A stretch of DNA of 46,686 nt, taken from positions 1 to 46,686 of the forward strand of contig NC_057757.1 of assembly GCF_004010195.1 (NCBI RefSeq). Direction: 5' to 3'. The stretch's first letter is position 1, and each line of letters opens with the position of its first letter. The position numbers were made by a program, and so were the translations under genes. Shown here one piece after another: positions 1 to 12,903 of this stretch. This stretch comes from Chiloscyllium plagiosum. Its lineage: Eukaryota. The notes under the pieces were generated by a model. The model worked only from the letters and a program-made list of their open reading frames with translations, did no database searches and had not been told where the DNA came from.

Positions 1-484
1 TTGGAATAACTTAACTCTACTGGAAAACTTAACAGAATAATAGATACAATAACTATGACTAATTAACTGTTCTAATATAGTAATATCCCATAAACACACC
101 CTTGGCAAAAGACAAATTCAGGAAACAGATTGTCATACGTGCAATCCTATCAGCAAGAAAGAGATACATGCAGTAGCCCCAGAGAGAGAGAGAGAGAGAT
201 CTTTTCCTTCCACAGTCTCAGTTCACACCCTCTAACTAACTAAAGCAAAACCTGCGAAATCCTAGGTCTGTCTGTGTCTCCACCCACTCAGGCTGCTTTT
301 ACTGTTCCAATTTTTAAAAAAAAAACACCCAAGGCTTCACAAGTTGTTTATCTTCTCATAGACTGCTTTTCGCTTGTCCCCCAATCTGTCTCTAAAAATA
401 AAACAGGACAAAACACACCCCTTAAAGGCACAACATTGTCACAGGAGTCTGGCTGTTGGAGTGGGCTGGTGGGTCCTGGCGACT

Positions 485-610
485 GTGTCAGTATTTTACA
501 GTGGTTCACAGGGAGGGTGTCAGTATCTACAAGGAATCCCAGGAGGTGTTTCAGTATTTACAGGGGATCTCCGGGGGTGTGTGTCAATATTTTCGGGGTG
601 TTCCCAAGGG
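485..610 (+). repeat. Short degenerate tandem repeat, about 30 bp x 4
   Basis: gtgtcagtatt(t)acag...cagg repeated. Confidence 0.6.
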
Positions 611-697
611 AATATATATATATCGATTAAAAGTCACAAAATGTTATTAATTTGAGTTATCTGTCTGTTCATTGAAGTGGTCTTAATTCCCAAACAG

Positions 698-937
698 CTG
701 CAGCTGACAATTGATGAGTATAAAGCGTCCAGTCAAGCAGTAAAACAATACGCCTATCAGATGAGTGAAATGTTGCTGGTGCATATCGACAGTAAGCGCA
801 CGTACAGTGACAAGGAGTTTCGAGAAGCACAGCAGGCACATCAAGAAAACATCCAGACAAAACTATTAAAACTACACAAGGAGATTGTAACAATCATGCG
901 TCAGACATATCTGGTCTTTAAGAGTGACGGATCTGAG
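698..937 (+). CDS. DNAH2: Axonemal dynein heavy chain 2, internal exon 1 of 19 in window
   Basis: caaacag| acceptor, GAG|gtgagt donor; 240 nt; LQLTIDEYKASSQ...VFKSDGSE resembles recalled DNAH2 (..EFKAST..VFKNDGPE). Confidence 0.9.
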
Positions 938-1138
938 GTGAGTTTGATGTGTTTTGATGTGTATATGTACTATCGAGGCATCACAATCCTTTTATTTTTT
1001 TTCCTTCTCTCATTACTAGCCTGGGTTACAAAATTCCTACATCTCGGAGATCATTGCTGCTATCCCACTCACAAATATCATCATCCATCCTTCAAGATTG
1101 GAAGGTTAACCTCCTTTTGTGAAGGGAGAACACTGTAG

Positions 1139-1255
1139 GTGCTGGAAATCTAAAATGTCAAAAAGTGTTGGAAATACTCAACAGATCAGGCAGCATCAGC
1201 AGAGAAAGAAAAGCAAAAGTGAACATTTTGGGTTAATGACCTCTCATCAGAACTG
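1139..1255 (-). mobile_element. Penelope-like terminal-repeat remnant with decayed hammerhead
   Basis: Minus strand AGTT-CTGATGA-GAGGTC-att-AACCC-AAAA-TGTT; shares the caggcagcatc/gctggaaa block with other copies. Confidence 0.5.
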
Positions 1256-1468
1256 AGAAATGGTGGCAATGGTTTTGGGGAAGAGGAGAGGGGTTGAAGA
1301 GGATGAACTAAAGAGACTTTGGATGAGACTTGTGTGTTCATTTCCATTTCAGTGGAGAGGTTCAGTCAGTTCTCCAAAAGGTGTATTGTGATGACGATTC
1401 AGGAAGTGTGATTAATACTTGGATTCTAAAGTCGAGGAACAATCTTTATTTGATTTGTGTTTATATGG

Positions 1469-1832
1469 TTTGATTTGTATTTATTGTCACATGTACCTAT
1501 GTACAGTGAAAAGACTTGTTTTATGAGCAGTACAGGCAGATCATAACAAACAAGGACGTGCAGTTCAAAGGGTACTTAGACAGAGCGAGACATACAAGAT
1601 TACGGCTGCACAAGGGGTGCACAAAGCAAGATCAACATTAGATTTGTAGTCAGACGGGTCCATTCAGCAGTCTAATAACAGGAGAGGTGAAGCTGTTCTT
1701 GAACCTGTTGGTACATATGTCCAAGCTACTGTGACTTCTGCCTGAAAGATGAGGTTGGAAAAGAGTATTACTGGGGTTGGAAGGGTGTTTGATGATGTTG
1801 GCAGCCCTTCCGTGGCAACGAGAAGTGTAGAT
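1469..1832 (-). mobile_element. Rex1/Babar-like LINE 3' fragment
   Basis: Reverse complement resembles 3705-4425 (caggttcaagaaca..gttattagact; ttttcactgtac..acaataaat); clade from memory. Confidence 0.55.
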
Positions 1833-3392
1833 ATTGTGTGTGCTAAGAAAGGTTGAATGCAGTGTTACTTTCATTTTTGATCTCTGTGAGTGGAGGTAGA
1901 GTGTCTGAAGCTTTGTTTACATGCATTTAAATGTGATCTTTAAAATCCTTGAGGTGAACAATTCATTGCATTAGTAACAAAGGTAGAATAGGGAAACAAA
2001 TCTGACATTGCCTAGTGACAGGAGTCCAATATCACAGAAAGACACAGCCATCTGTAAGGTCAGGAAGAGTGTGTAAGTTTAAGTCAGAGTAAAAGGATGC
2101 TGTTGGTTCAGCAGTCTCCAGAAAGTCAGGGCTGGGGAAAACTGCTGGGAACTGGGAATGAGGAATAACCAAATGTTTGCTCTCAGAGTGTTTAGGGGTC
2201 AGTAAGAAGGAAGCTGCAGAAAGCAATTACAACTGATCATGGAACTTTAAAGTGAAGACTGGAAGGCATGTTACTTAGGTTTGAGGATAAAATGGTTAAA
2301 ATCTTTATTTCTTTGAAATTGTCTATTTTTAATTTTATAACATCATCTAATATTTATTTGTAATAATACTGTTTCAAATAGTTCTTGTATAGTGTAAAAT
2401 ACTTTGTGTTAGAATCATACAGTACACTAGAGGCCCTTTGGCCGAGTGAATGTATACTGCCAAAGCTACGCTAAATTTACACTAGCCCCACTTTCCAGCA
2501 CTTAGACCACAGCTTTGAATATTATGACACTTCAAGTGTTCATCCAAGTTCTTCTTAAAGGTTGTGAGGTTGGCTGCCTCAACTACTGCCCCAGGCAGTG
2601 CATTCCAGATGGATGAAAAGGTTTCTTTCTCAAATCCCCTCAAAACCTCCTGCCTTTTTCCTTAAAGGTGTGACCCCACAGGCCCGCTATTGACCCTCAA
2701 CTGAGGGGACCAGCTGCTTTCTATCCACCTGAGGGAGAGGGGAGGGCATACTGATATCATCACGATCCTGTTAATCCACAGGCCCAGGTATTGTTTTTGG
2801 ACTCCCACCATGGCACATGGTGGCATTTGAATTCAGTAACAATCTGGAGTTAAGGCTCTAATTGTCATTATGAAACGGTTTATTGTCAATTGTTGCTAAA
2901 CACATCTAGTTGACTTATGTCCTACACATAATGTAGGCTGTCCTTACCTGGTCTGGCCTACATGTGACTTCTAAACCTCACCCTTGTGATTGACTCTTAA
3001 TTGCCCTCTAGGTGATTAAGGATGGGCAACAAATGATGGCCTAGCCCCATATCCCATGGATATGTTAAAAGAAACCCTGTCTATGCCACTCATAATCTTA
3101 TGCACATCTGTCAGGTTCTCCTCAACCTTTTATGCCCCAAACCTTTACTCTCTATTGTGTGTGTGTATATAATAAACTTTGAAGTGCCTTTGTTAAAAGT
3201 ACAGTGGCAGCTTCTTGGGAATATGTCCACTGACTGACCACCATGGGAAACAAATAGCAAAAACAGAACTGAAGTTCTATATCAAACCAAATTTCAATTT
3301 GGGATCAGACTTGTCCATATTACTTTATCTGGCTTGGTATGGCAACTGCTCTGCCCAGGACTGTAAGAAACTATAGAGAGTTGTGAGCATAT

Positions 3393-3702
3393 GAGTGGCA
3401 CGGTGGCTCAGCGGTTAGCACTGCTGCCTCACAGCGGCAGGGTCCTGGGTTCAATTCCAGCCTCGGGTGAGTGTCTGTGTGGAGTTTGCACATTCTCCCC
3501 GTGTCTGTGTGGGTTTCCTCCGGGTGCTCCGGTTTCCTCCCACAGTCCAAAGATGTGCAGATTAGGTGAATTGGCCATGCTAAATTGCCCGTAGTGTTAG
3601 GTGCATTAGTCAGGGGGAATGGGTCTGGGTGGGTTACTCTTCGGAGGGTCAGTGTGGACTGGTTGGGCCATAAATGCCTGTTTTCATACTGTAGGGAATC
3701 TA
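3393..3702 (+). mobile_element. tRNA-derived V-SINE (HE1-like)
   Basis: A box ggtggctcagcggttagca, B box gggttcaattcc, core tgtgtggagtttgcacattctccccgtgtctg, LINE-like tail. Confidence 0.85.
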
Positions 3703-4010
3703 CTCATAGCCAAACTTCCATCGATTGGTTCTATCTATACATCTGGCTCTCTTGGAAAGGCAGCCAACATTATCTGAGACCCCACCCACCCCAGTTATAA
3801 TCTCTTTCAACCTCTTCCATCGGGCAGAAGATACAAAAGCTTAAACACACCCACCAGCAGGTTCAAGAACACATTGTTCCCTGCTGTTATTAGACTCTGG
3901 AATGGACTTTTAAAATTTCAAGCTTAATGCTAGTCTTGCTGTTTGTGACCCTTCTTTGCAATTGTAGCATTGTTTCCTCACTGTTTTATTACCCTAATGC
4001 ACTTTATATG

Positions 4011-4341
4011 TGTAGTGATTGGAACCAGCTGGATTTTGTTGACTATGAGATACTTGATTGGGGTTGTTAACCTGGGACGATCAGGAAGGCCCTGACTGAC
4101 CGATATAACCAGGAGATCGAGAATCCCCTCAGCCTAGGAGAGTGACTCTGTGCTGGCTGGGCCTCAGTCAGTGTGCACTGTTAACCAGGAAGGCCCTGAC
4201 TGACCGATATAACCAGGAGATCGAGAATCCCCTCAGTCTAGGGGAGTGACTCTGTGCTGGCTTACCATAGCCAGTGTACTGTGCGCAATTAAATATAGGG
4301 TGACTTGGTGACAGGATACCAGTCTCTGTGCAGTTATTTCG
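4011..4341 (+). mobile_element. Probable solo LTR with internal duplication
   Basis: TGTAGT...ATTTC(G) ends, ATATG/GTATG 5-bp flanks, gatataa box; 77-bp block at 4082-4158 and 4186-4262. Confidence 0.55.
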
Positions 4342-4825
4342 GTATGGGATGAGCTGTCTGTACTGCAAGCAAAACACAACTTTTCACTGTACCTTGGTAG
4401 ATGGGACAATAATAAATCAAATCAGTATGCTGCCCTTTAATGTTAACCTAACTTATAAAGAAAGGCAGGAGGTCAGTGTGGTCACACCTTGAGGCAGTCC
4501 CAGCATCAATATTTCTGGGAGACATACCACAAAGAATATCAACGATAACAGCATTGGGCTAACGGTACAGTGAGACCATTGTGCCTCAATCATTTTGATG
4601 ACCTAGAATCACACAGCCCAAAAGGAGGCCATTTAACCCACTGTACCTCTGTTGGCACTTCCAAAAAACTACCCATTATTCACACTCCCTCCTGCCTGAT
4701 CTTTCAACCCTGTAATCCTTTTTCCCTTTAAAAGGTGTCCACTCCCAATCAACTTTGCTAATCCAGTGAGTTTGATAATTATTAAGATTTTGATATTTAA
4801 TCTCCTTTTGATTGTGGCTTTGTAG

Positions 4826-5014
4826 GTGCAGCATTATTGGTTGAATTATGCCAAAAAAGTTGATCGAACAGTGGAAGAAGCCTTCAGACTGAATATTAAA
4901 CGATCATTGCTGGAGCTGTCCAAGGCCATCAATGGGGATGCCAAATCCACACCCAATGCTCTCTTCAGGGTCATGGTGACTCTTCTGGATGACACTTCAG
5001 GTGGCCCACCACAG
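4826..5014 (+). CDS. DNAH2: DNAH2 exon 2 of 19
   Basis: tgtag|...CAG|gtagat; 189 nt; VQHYW...RLNIKRSLLELSKAINGDAKSTPNALF...PPQ. Confidence 0.95.
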
Positions 5015-5100
5015 GTAGATCTCTTTCACAACTTGCTAGATTCATTGTAGATTTTTCATACCCCTCTGGTATATGGACGATTCAGGCTGATCCAGTAAAC

Positions 5101-5712
5101 ATAGTCATAGCGTCATAGAGATGTACAGCACTGAACCAGACCCTTTGGTCCGACTCGTCCATCCTGAACAAATAGCCTAAATTAATCTCGTCCCATCCCT
5201 CCAAACTCTTCCTTTTCATATACCCATCCAGATGCCTTTTAAATGTTGTAATTGTACCAGCCTCCACCACTTCCTGTGGCAGCTCATTCCATACACACAT
5301 CACCCTCTGCGTGAAAAAGTTGCCCCTTAGGTCCCTTTTAAATCTTGCCCCTCTCACCTTAAACCTATGCCCTCTAGTTCTGGACTCCCCCACCCCAGGG
5401 AAAAAAGCCTTGTCTATTTACCCTACTTATGTGATTTTATAAATCTCTATAAGGTCATCCGTCACTCCAGGAAAAACAGCCCCTATCTATTCAGCCTCTC
5501 CCTGTAGCTCAAGCCCTCCAATCCTGGCAACATCCTTGTAAATCTTTTCTGAACCCTTTCAAGTTTCACAATATCCTTCACTTAGGAAGGTGACCAGAAC
5601 TGCCCGCAATATTCCAAAAGTGGCCTAAACAATGTCCTGTACAGCGCAACATGACCTCCCAGCTCCTGTACTCAATACTCTGACAATAAAGGTAAGCTTA
5701 CTAAACACCTTC
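5101..5712 (-). mobile_element. CR1 LINE 3' fragment
   Basis: Minus ORF ...SRTRGHRFKV...NFFTQRV..WNELP, typical CR1 ORF2 C-terminus; (CTATGA)-type tail. Confidence 0.9.
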
Positions 5713-6109
5713 TAAACATCTTTATAAATAGTGCAAGACTCAGCTGGGTTGTCAGAGAGGGACTGTTTCTTCTTGTGGCTGGTGGGCTTGAAATCTGGAA
5801 TAGGAGGTTGAAACTTAAGATTTGAGCCAGACTGTTCAGGAGTGATATCAGGAAGCACTTCCTCACAGAGGGGAGTGGGAATCTGGAGCTTACTCCCCCT
5901 CAACAGCTGAGGAACAATTGATAAAGCTAACGGTTTTTGGTTAAGAGAAATAAGAAATCTGGATCGAGGTGGAGTTGAGGTACAGCTGAACCATGGTTGA
6001 ATTGAATAGCTGAATGGCCTACTGTTCCTATTTTCATGTTATTGTTCTGTGCCTTAGTTAATTATCTACTAATTCTCTACTCATCCGCTTTCACCTGCTT
6101 TGCTTTCAG

Positions 6110-6257
6110 GTGGAGTTTTCACCCACTCTCGCCAGCCTTGCAAGCACTGTCAACAGTGTCAGTTTTCAGATTAAGAACACCCTTTCCATCTTCAAACGTA
6201 TCCCAGAGCTACTGACCAGGAGGAAATCTACTCTGATTCCTGTTTTCCAAAATATTG
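6110..6257 (+). CDS. DNAH2: DNAH2 exon 3 of 19
   Basis: tttcag|...G|gtaagt; 148 nt; VEFSPTLASLASTVN...PVFQNI; not in ORF track, read by hand. Confidence 0.93.
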
Positions 6258-6574
6258 GTAAGTAATGATTGTGGGAGCTGTGATTTTTGTCTGCATTCAG
6301 GTTCTGAAAGGGAAGGTGAGACCTGAGCAACAGGTGAATTACACCACACTGAGTGCAGCACCAGAGTTCACGCTGCAATGTATCACATACCCAGAAGGCA
6401 AACGTACTCCTGACTGACTTGGTTCATACTATTGTTAAATACTATATGCTCAAAAAACACCAGCATCAATCTTAATAGGCATGTACATTGTTGTGATGTT
6501 TCACCCCTGACATTAAAACCTGAAACAGGGTTAATAATGTGCGGGGCACAGCCTCCAAGTGAATGGACAACCAA

Positions 6575-6841
6575 CCCTTTGGTGCTGAGGTGGGGAGAAA
6601 TGTCTTCAGCCACAGGATGGTGAATGTGTGGAACCCATTGCCTCAGAAGGCTGTGGAGGCCAAGTCTTTAAGTGTCTGCAAGACAGAGATAAATAGTTTC
6701 TTGATTAGTAAGGGGATCAAGAGTTACAGGGAGGAGGCAAGAAAATGGGGGCTGCGAACAGTATCAGCCTTGATCAAATGGCAGGGCAGACTTGATGGGC
6801 TGAATGGCCTCATTCTGCTGCTGTATCTTATGGTCTTATGG
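6575..6841 (+). mobile_element. CR1 LINE 3' fragment, second subfamily
   Basis: RNVFSHRMVNVWNPLPQKAVEA; tcttatggtcttatgg tail. Confidence 0.75.
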
Positions 6842-7504
6842 ATAAAGCAAGAAGTAACTGGGTACCAGTTAATCGATGTACCTATGAAAATGGCATGATT
6901 AACCATTTTTACCCATGTTGTGTGTACTCATGACTGCCAATTTATAAGTGATTCTGTGCTTAAGATGACAATAAAGTTGAGGAGTAACATCCCCAGAGTA
7001 CAGCTGGGAAATGATGAGAAAATTTATTTAGAAACTGGTTCTGTGTGAGGTGTGTTAACAAGCCAAAGTTAACCTCACCAGATTAACTACTTTGTTAGTA
7101 AGGCACACACAGATCCATAATGGTTGAAGTTGCCTAGAAATGGGCTGCAAAGGAATTTCACCCAGCAGGTGGGAAACAAAATGGGAAAGCTTGCTCATTA
7201 TTCATCTCGAATCTATTCCACATTGATTCCCTTAACTGGCATTGTTGCAATTTAAAAATAATTCTCAGCATTGTGTTCCAATCTCTCCATACTCTTACAC
7301 TTTCCCAATCTCAGTAAATTCCTTCAACTCCACATCCTTCCAAGACCTCTTCATTCCTCCAATTCCGTACCTTACATATTCCTGATTTTAATAGCACCAC
7401 CACTGGAGTCTGTGCCTTCAGCTGTCTCATCCTTAAACTCTGGAATTCCCATCCTAAATCCTCTCCACTCCTTTAAATGCTCCTTAAAATCTTATAGCTT
7501 TTAG

Positions 7505-9290
7505 AAAGTCAGAAAGTCAAACCGCAAGGAAACAGACCCTTCAGTCGAACCAGTTCATATCAAACCTAATCCCAAACTAATCTAGTCCCACCTGCCTGCT
7601 CCTGGCCCATATCCCTCCAAACCTTTCCTATTCATGTATCTATCCAAATGTCTTTTAAACATTGTAAGTATACCCACATCTACCATTTGATTGTGGGTAA
7701 GGTGTTGGAAAAGGTTATAAGAGACTTATAATCATCTGGAAAGGAATAATTTGATTACGGAAAGACAGCATGGTTTTGTGAAGGGTAGGTCGTGCCTCAC
7801 TAACCTTATTGAGATATTTGAGAAGGTGACAGAGCAGGTGGATGAGGGTAAAGCGGTTGATGTGGTCTTCAGTAAGTCGTTTGATAAGGTTTCACACAGT
7901 AGACTATTGCACAAAATACAGAGATTCAGGATTGAAGGCGATTTAGCGGTTTGATCAGAAATTAGCTCGCTGAAAGAAGACAGAGGGTGGTGGTTGATGG
8001 GAAATGTTCATCATGGAGCTCAGTTACCAGTGGTGTGCCACAACAGTCTGTTTTGGGGCCACTGCTGTTTGTCCTTTTTATAAATGATCTGGATTTCGAC
8101 ATAGAAGGATGAGTTAGTAAATTTGCAGATGACATTAAGGTAGGCAGAGTTGTTGACAGTGCCGAAGGATGTTGTGGGTTACAGAGGGATATAGATAAGA
8201 TGCAGAGCTGGGCTGAGAAGTGGCAAATGAAGTTTAATGTGGAAAAGTATGAGGTAGTTCACTTCAGAAGAAGTAACAGGAATGCATAGTACTGGGCTAA
8301 TGGTAAAATTCTTGGCAGTGTAGATGAACAGAGCGATCTCGGTGTCCTAGTGCATAAATCCCTGAACGTTGCCACCCAGGTTGATAAGGTTAGTAAGAAG
8401 CTGAAACTTTATTGCTGGAACAGCACAGCAGGTCAGACAGCATCTAGGGAAAAGGAGATTCGACGTTTCGGGCACATGCCCTTCCTCCTAGTTAGTAAGA
8501 AGGCATGTGGTGTGTTGGTGTTTATTGGTCGGGGGACTGAGTTTCAGAGCCATGAGGTCATGCTTCAGCTGTACAAGACACTAGTAAGGTTGCACCTGGA
8601 GTATTGCGTGCAGTTCTGGTCACTGCATTATAGGAAGGATGTGGAAGTTTTGGAAAGGGTTCAGAGGAGGTTTTCTAGGATGTTGCCTGGTATGGAGGGA
8701 AGGTTTTACAAGGAAAGGCTGAGGGAACTGGGGCTGTTTTCGTTAGAGAGAAGAAGGTTGAGAGCTGACTTAATCGAGACATATAAGATAGTCAGAGGGT
8801 TAGATGGGGTGGACAGTGAGAGCCTTTTTCCTCAGATGGTGATGGCTAGCATGAGGGGACATAATTTTAAATTGAGGGATGATAGATTTAGGACAGATTT
8901 CAGGGGTAGTTTCTTCACTCGGAGAGCAGTAGAAGCATGGAACGGCCTGTCTGCAACAGTAGTAGACTCACCGACGTTAAGGGCATTTAAATAGGCATTG
9001 GAGATACATATGGATAATGACGTAATGGTGTAGTTTAGATGGGCATCAGATTATTTTCACAGGTCAGCGCAACATCGAGGGCTGAAGGGCCTCTACTGCG
9101 CTGTAACATTCTATGTTCCTCAGGAAGTTCATTCCACATGCGAACCATCTATTGTGTAAAATATTTGCCTCTTTCTTTTTAATCTCTTTCCTCTCACCTT
9201 AAAAATGTGGCTCCGGTCTTGAAATTTCCCATCCTGGGGAAAAGCCAACTACCACAACTCTATCTATACCTCTCATTATTCTACAAACTT
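7505..9290. mobile_element. Nested CR1: plus-strand RT fragment (about 7689-9116) inside a minus-strand CR1 3' fragment
   Basis: QHGFVKGRSCLTNL, FADD, YKTLVRLHLEYC motifs with stops; host reads continuously across 7688/9117 (ctaccatt|tcctcaggaagttcattcc). Confidence 0.85.
8401..8490 (-). mobile_element. 90-bp Penelope-like remnant inserted in CR1
   Basis: Exact 12-bp duplication GTTAGTAAGAAG (8389-8400, 8491-8502); minus strand GGGC-atgt-GCCC-GAAAC-GTC-GAAT, CTGA box lost. Confidence 0.65.
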
Positions 9291-9884
9291 AGTGTCATAG
9301 AGTCATCGAGATGTACAGCACAGAAACAGACCCTTCGGTCCAACTCATCCATGCTGACCAGTTATCCCAACCCAATCTAGTTCCACCTGACAGCATCTGG
9401 CCCATATCCCTCCAAACCCTTCCTATTCATATACCCATCCAGATGTCTTTTAAATGTTGCAATTGTACCAGCCTCCACCATTTCCTCTGGAAGCTCATTC
9501 CATACACGTACCACCCTCTGGGTGAAAACGTTGCCCCTTAGGTCTCTTTTATATCTTTCCCCTCTCACCCTAAACCTATGCCCTCTAGTTCTGGACTTCC
9601 CCACCCCAGGGAAAAGACTTTGTCTATTTATCCTATCCATGTTCCTCATGATTTTATAAACCTCTGTAAGCTCACCCATCAGCCTCCGATGCTCCAGGGA
9701 AAACAGCCCCAGCCTGTTCAGCCTCTCCCTGTATCTCAGATCCTCCAATCCTTGCGACATCCTTGTAAATCTTTTCTGAACCCTTTCAAGTTTCACAACA
9801 TCTTTCCGATAGGAAGGAGACCAGAATTACATGCAATATTCCAAAAGTGGCCAAACCAATGTCCTGTATCAACCTCAACATGAC
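9291..9884 (-). mobile_element. CR1 LINE 3' fragment
   Basis: Minus ORF LERVQKRFTRM...RTRGH...WNELP. Confidence 0.92.
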
Positions 9885-9997
9885 TTCATGTAGCTCAGTG
9901 TCAAATGTTGCATTGCTGTAGAATTATATAAATTATATAAATATAAAAAGAAGTTATATAAATGTAAGTTCTATTACAATGCAATTACTTCTTGTAG

Positions 9998-10190
9998 AGA
10001 ATGATGATGAAATTAGGAAGATCCAAGGTATGATCAATTCGGGCATGGCGACCAATGCTACAAATCTTCAGAACTATCTGAAAACCTGGGACACCTATCG
10101 TGAGATCTGGGAGATCAACAAAGATTCCTTCATCCGCCGTTACAAGCGCCTCAATCCAGCGGTGTCATCCTTTGATGCAGATATTGCCCG
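9998..10190 (+). CDS. DNAH2: DNAH2 exon 4 of 19
   Basis: cttgtag|...CG|gtgaga; 193 nt; ENDDEIRKIQ...LQNYLKTWDTYREIWEINKDSFIRRY...DIAR. Confidence 0.95.
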
Positions 10191-10514
10191 GTGAGAGACC
10201 TTGACTAAGACTTTAACTTGTTCTAAACCCACCTCTTGTACAGAGTTCATATTGGGCCTCTAACCATTTCTATCACTCCACATTGATGCGAGTGCCTTCT
10301 GCATCTTCCTTAGGTTTCTTTCTTGTACTCTAGTTTGCCTTTTACATACTGGTATTGATCGCAGCTGATGGTAATACAGGACAAGTCCAGTCCCTGAGTG
10401 AAACCTGCCTTGATGAACCATAACTTTTAGTGGTCAGCCACTGAACATGTTCACAAGTGGCTGTCAGTGTACTTGTAACGAAAGAGTTTAAGTTTATTAC
10501 ACAAAAGAGAAGAA

Positions 10515-10801
10515 AAGGGATGTAGGTTTATGGTGAGTGGGTGAACATTTAAAGGAGATGTGCCAGGCAAGTTTTTCATGCAGTGGGTGGTTGGTACCTG
10601 AAACATGTTGCCAGGGGAAGTGGTAGAAGCAAATACTATAGGGATATTTAAGAGGCATTTAGACAGACCCTTGAATAGGCAGGGAATAGAGGGATACGGC
10701 AAATGTGCAGAAGATGGGGTTAGATTAGAAATACATCATGATCGGCACAGACATAGTAGGCCAAAGGTCTTGTTCCTGTGCTGTGCTGTTCTATGTTCTA
10801 G
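10515..10801 (+). mobile_element. CR1-type 3' fragment
   Basis: LPGEVVEANTIGIFKRHLDR; gttctatgttcta tail. Confidence 0.7.
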
Positions 10802-11130
10802 ATATTGTAAAGTCACCATAGCCCCAGAGGACCACTCTCTCATTAGAGAGAGATGTTTGATACTGGGATTGACCTAATGGTCAGCATGTCACAGGCCAAG
10901 GGAGAGATTGAGAAGAAGAGATCTTCACGGTAACATCAGTTGGTGTAGGAATTGAACCCACACTGTTAGCATCACAAACTAGCTGGCCAACCAAATGAGC
11001 TAACCAATCCCCATTCAAAGTAAGGATTACAGGTTCTGTATTATCACTGCAGGAATGAATTATAAAACATTTTTAGCGAGTTATTCAAATATGGTCTTCA
11101 AATATTTGTCTGTGAGATAGCTGGCATAAC

Positions 11131-11482
11131 GGGCAGCAGTGAGGCTCAGTAGCTAGCACTGCTGCCTCACAGTGCCAGGAACCCGGGTTCGATTCCAGCC
11201 TAGGACATCTGTCTGTGTGGAATTTACACATTCTGTCGGTGTGGGGTTTTTCCGGGTGCTCTGTGTTCCTCCCATACTCCAAAACTGTGCTAGTTAGGTG
11301 GATGGGCCATGCTAAATTGCCTTTGGTGTCCATGGCTGTGCTGGCTATGTGGGTTAGCCTTGGGAAATGCAAGGTTACAGGGTTAGGATGGGGGTGTGGG
11401 TCTGGGTGAGATGCTCTTCGGAGGGGCAGTGTGGACCTGATGGGCCAAATGGCCTGCTTCCACACTGACAGAATTCTGTGAT
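11131..11482 (+). mobile_element. V-SINE (HE1-like), variant with two internal 53-bp-like units
   Basis: tRNA-like head, V-domain core, tail ggccaaatggcctgcttccacactg. Confidence 0.8.
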
Positions 11483-12702
11483 GATTCAGGATTCAATTGA
11501 GATGATGATTTTAGTGATAGTAATATAATTGAAAATGGCTTTGGACAGCCAGGGTGTGACTGGGATTGGAGTGCGGGTCTGCTTTGAAGATACAACCTGC
11601 TTTTGTCCTTCTGGCCATCATCTTTCCAACTCCTGAGTATGCCTCACTGGGAATGCGTGCTGGAAATCAAGCCCCTCTATTCCCGGAGTCATCACAAACA
11701 TTAAAGATTTTAAAAAGTATGTATAACTCCCCAACTTTCCTGCTTTCTTAGCTCCAGGTTGGCACAAAGTATGGACCATGTTTTTGTTCTTAACAAGAAT
11801 CACCATTTATTACAAATAAACAGACTATAGCTACAGGTGAACTGGATGATCCATTGGCATATGAACCTGCTAATTAAAACACTAAAACATTAAAACACGT
11901 GCGCATGCACACACACACACAAAAGAAATGGGTGTTATGGATGTAGGGAAAATTGGGAATGCAGTTTAGTGATCTTTTGCACAAGATCTGCAGAAATGGT
12001 TCATGTGCTGTTCAGAATGCTGCTTCTCAGTTTTCCTTTTCCAGGTGCTTTGACTGGTTTGTGAGAGGTACAGGACAGTCCTAGTTTACACTTATGAAAG
12101 GTCTTTGACTTGTCACAGCTTACAGCAACTACTGGAGGAAGAATAAACCAGTTTTCTTCAGGCTTACTGTGGCTTTTACTGCAGAGAACAAAGACATCTC
12201 CTGAGAGATCTGGAGGCGACTATGTTTCTTGTTCACAGAACCAAGCTGTTCAGCAACCTGAGAATCAATCATGTATTTGATGGCAGGATGAAGGCCTTTT
12301 TCATCATTGACAGCTGGTTGCTCATCCACAGACCAATCAGCTGCATGGTGCTAACCAAATCTCCATCTGTGCACAACCAGTTCATTTACAACTACACTTC
12401 AACCACAGCTGGGACCAGAAGCTGTGCAAACTGTGCTCACAAAGAGTATCAGGATGCTTGCTTTCAAAATATGCAGTAGTCCCTCCAGCCAGCAATGCTT
12501 AGTTATAAAACCGATCTTTATTCGTTTCAATCCATGGTTTAAAATACAGAAAAATAAAACACATGGTCTTTGCAATGAAATTTAACCATAAATGAAGGCT
12601 TTAGAAATGACAGAATCATGTGCTTTAGCTCTGTCATTAGCATTGCTGTTGATACGTGGGCCTTTTTCCTTAACTCACTTGATCTTTCTTTTTCTGTTGT
12701 AG

Positions 12703-12903
12703 CTACACAGAAGTGGCCAACAATGTCCAGAAGGAGGAGACCATTGTGCAGATTCAGTTTGTCCTTCTTGATTGCTCTCCGTTAAAATTCTCCCTCGTTC
12801 AGCACTGCAACGAGTGGCAAAATAAATTCACCACACTGCTGAGTGAGATGGCAAGCCAGATGCTGCTGGATTTCTGTCAGTTCCTTGAAGAAAATGGCAA
12901 CAA
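12703..12903 (+). CDS. DNAH2: DNAH2 exon 5 of 19
   Basis: gttgtag|...AA|gtgggt; 201 nt; YTEVANNVQKEETIVQIQFVLLDCSPLKFSLVQHCNEWQNKF. Confidence 0.95.

Larger units (their letters stand above)
3328..4424 (+). mobile_element. Rex1/Babar-like LINE 3' fragment interrupted by a V-SINE and a solo LTR
   Basis: WYGNCSAQDCKKL*RVV at the start; resumes after the SINE and again after 4341. Confidence 0.55.

Noticed and set aside
1..443. LTR-like segments here and at about 11720-12573
   Set aside because: TG/CA-like ends and composition are suggestive only. I could not confirm paired ends or target duplications by eye.
698..704. Alternative acceptor at 704 (ctgcag|)
   Set aside because: Both keep frame, but 698 is the first AG after the pyrimidine tract and aligns better with the recalled orthologue. 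No evidence favours 704.
3393..3465. tRNA genes at SINE heads
   Set aside because: A/B boxes run straight into SINE bodies in every copy, so these are tRNA-derived heads.
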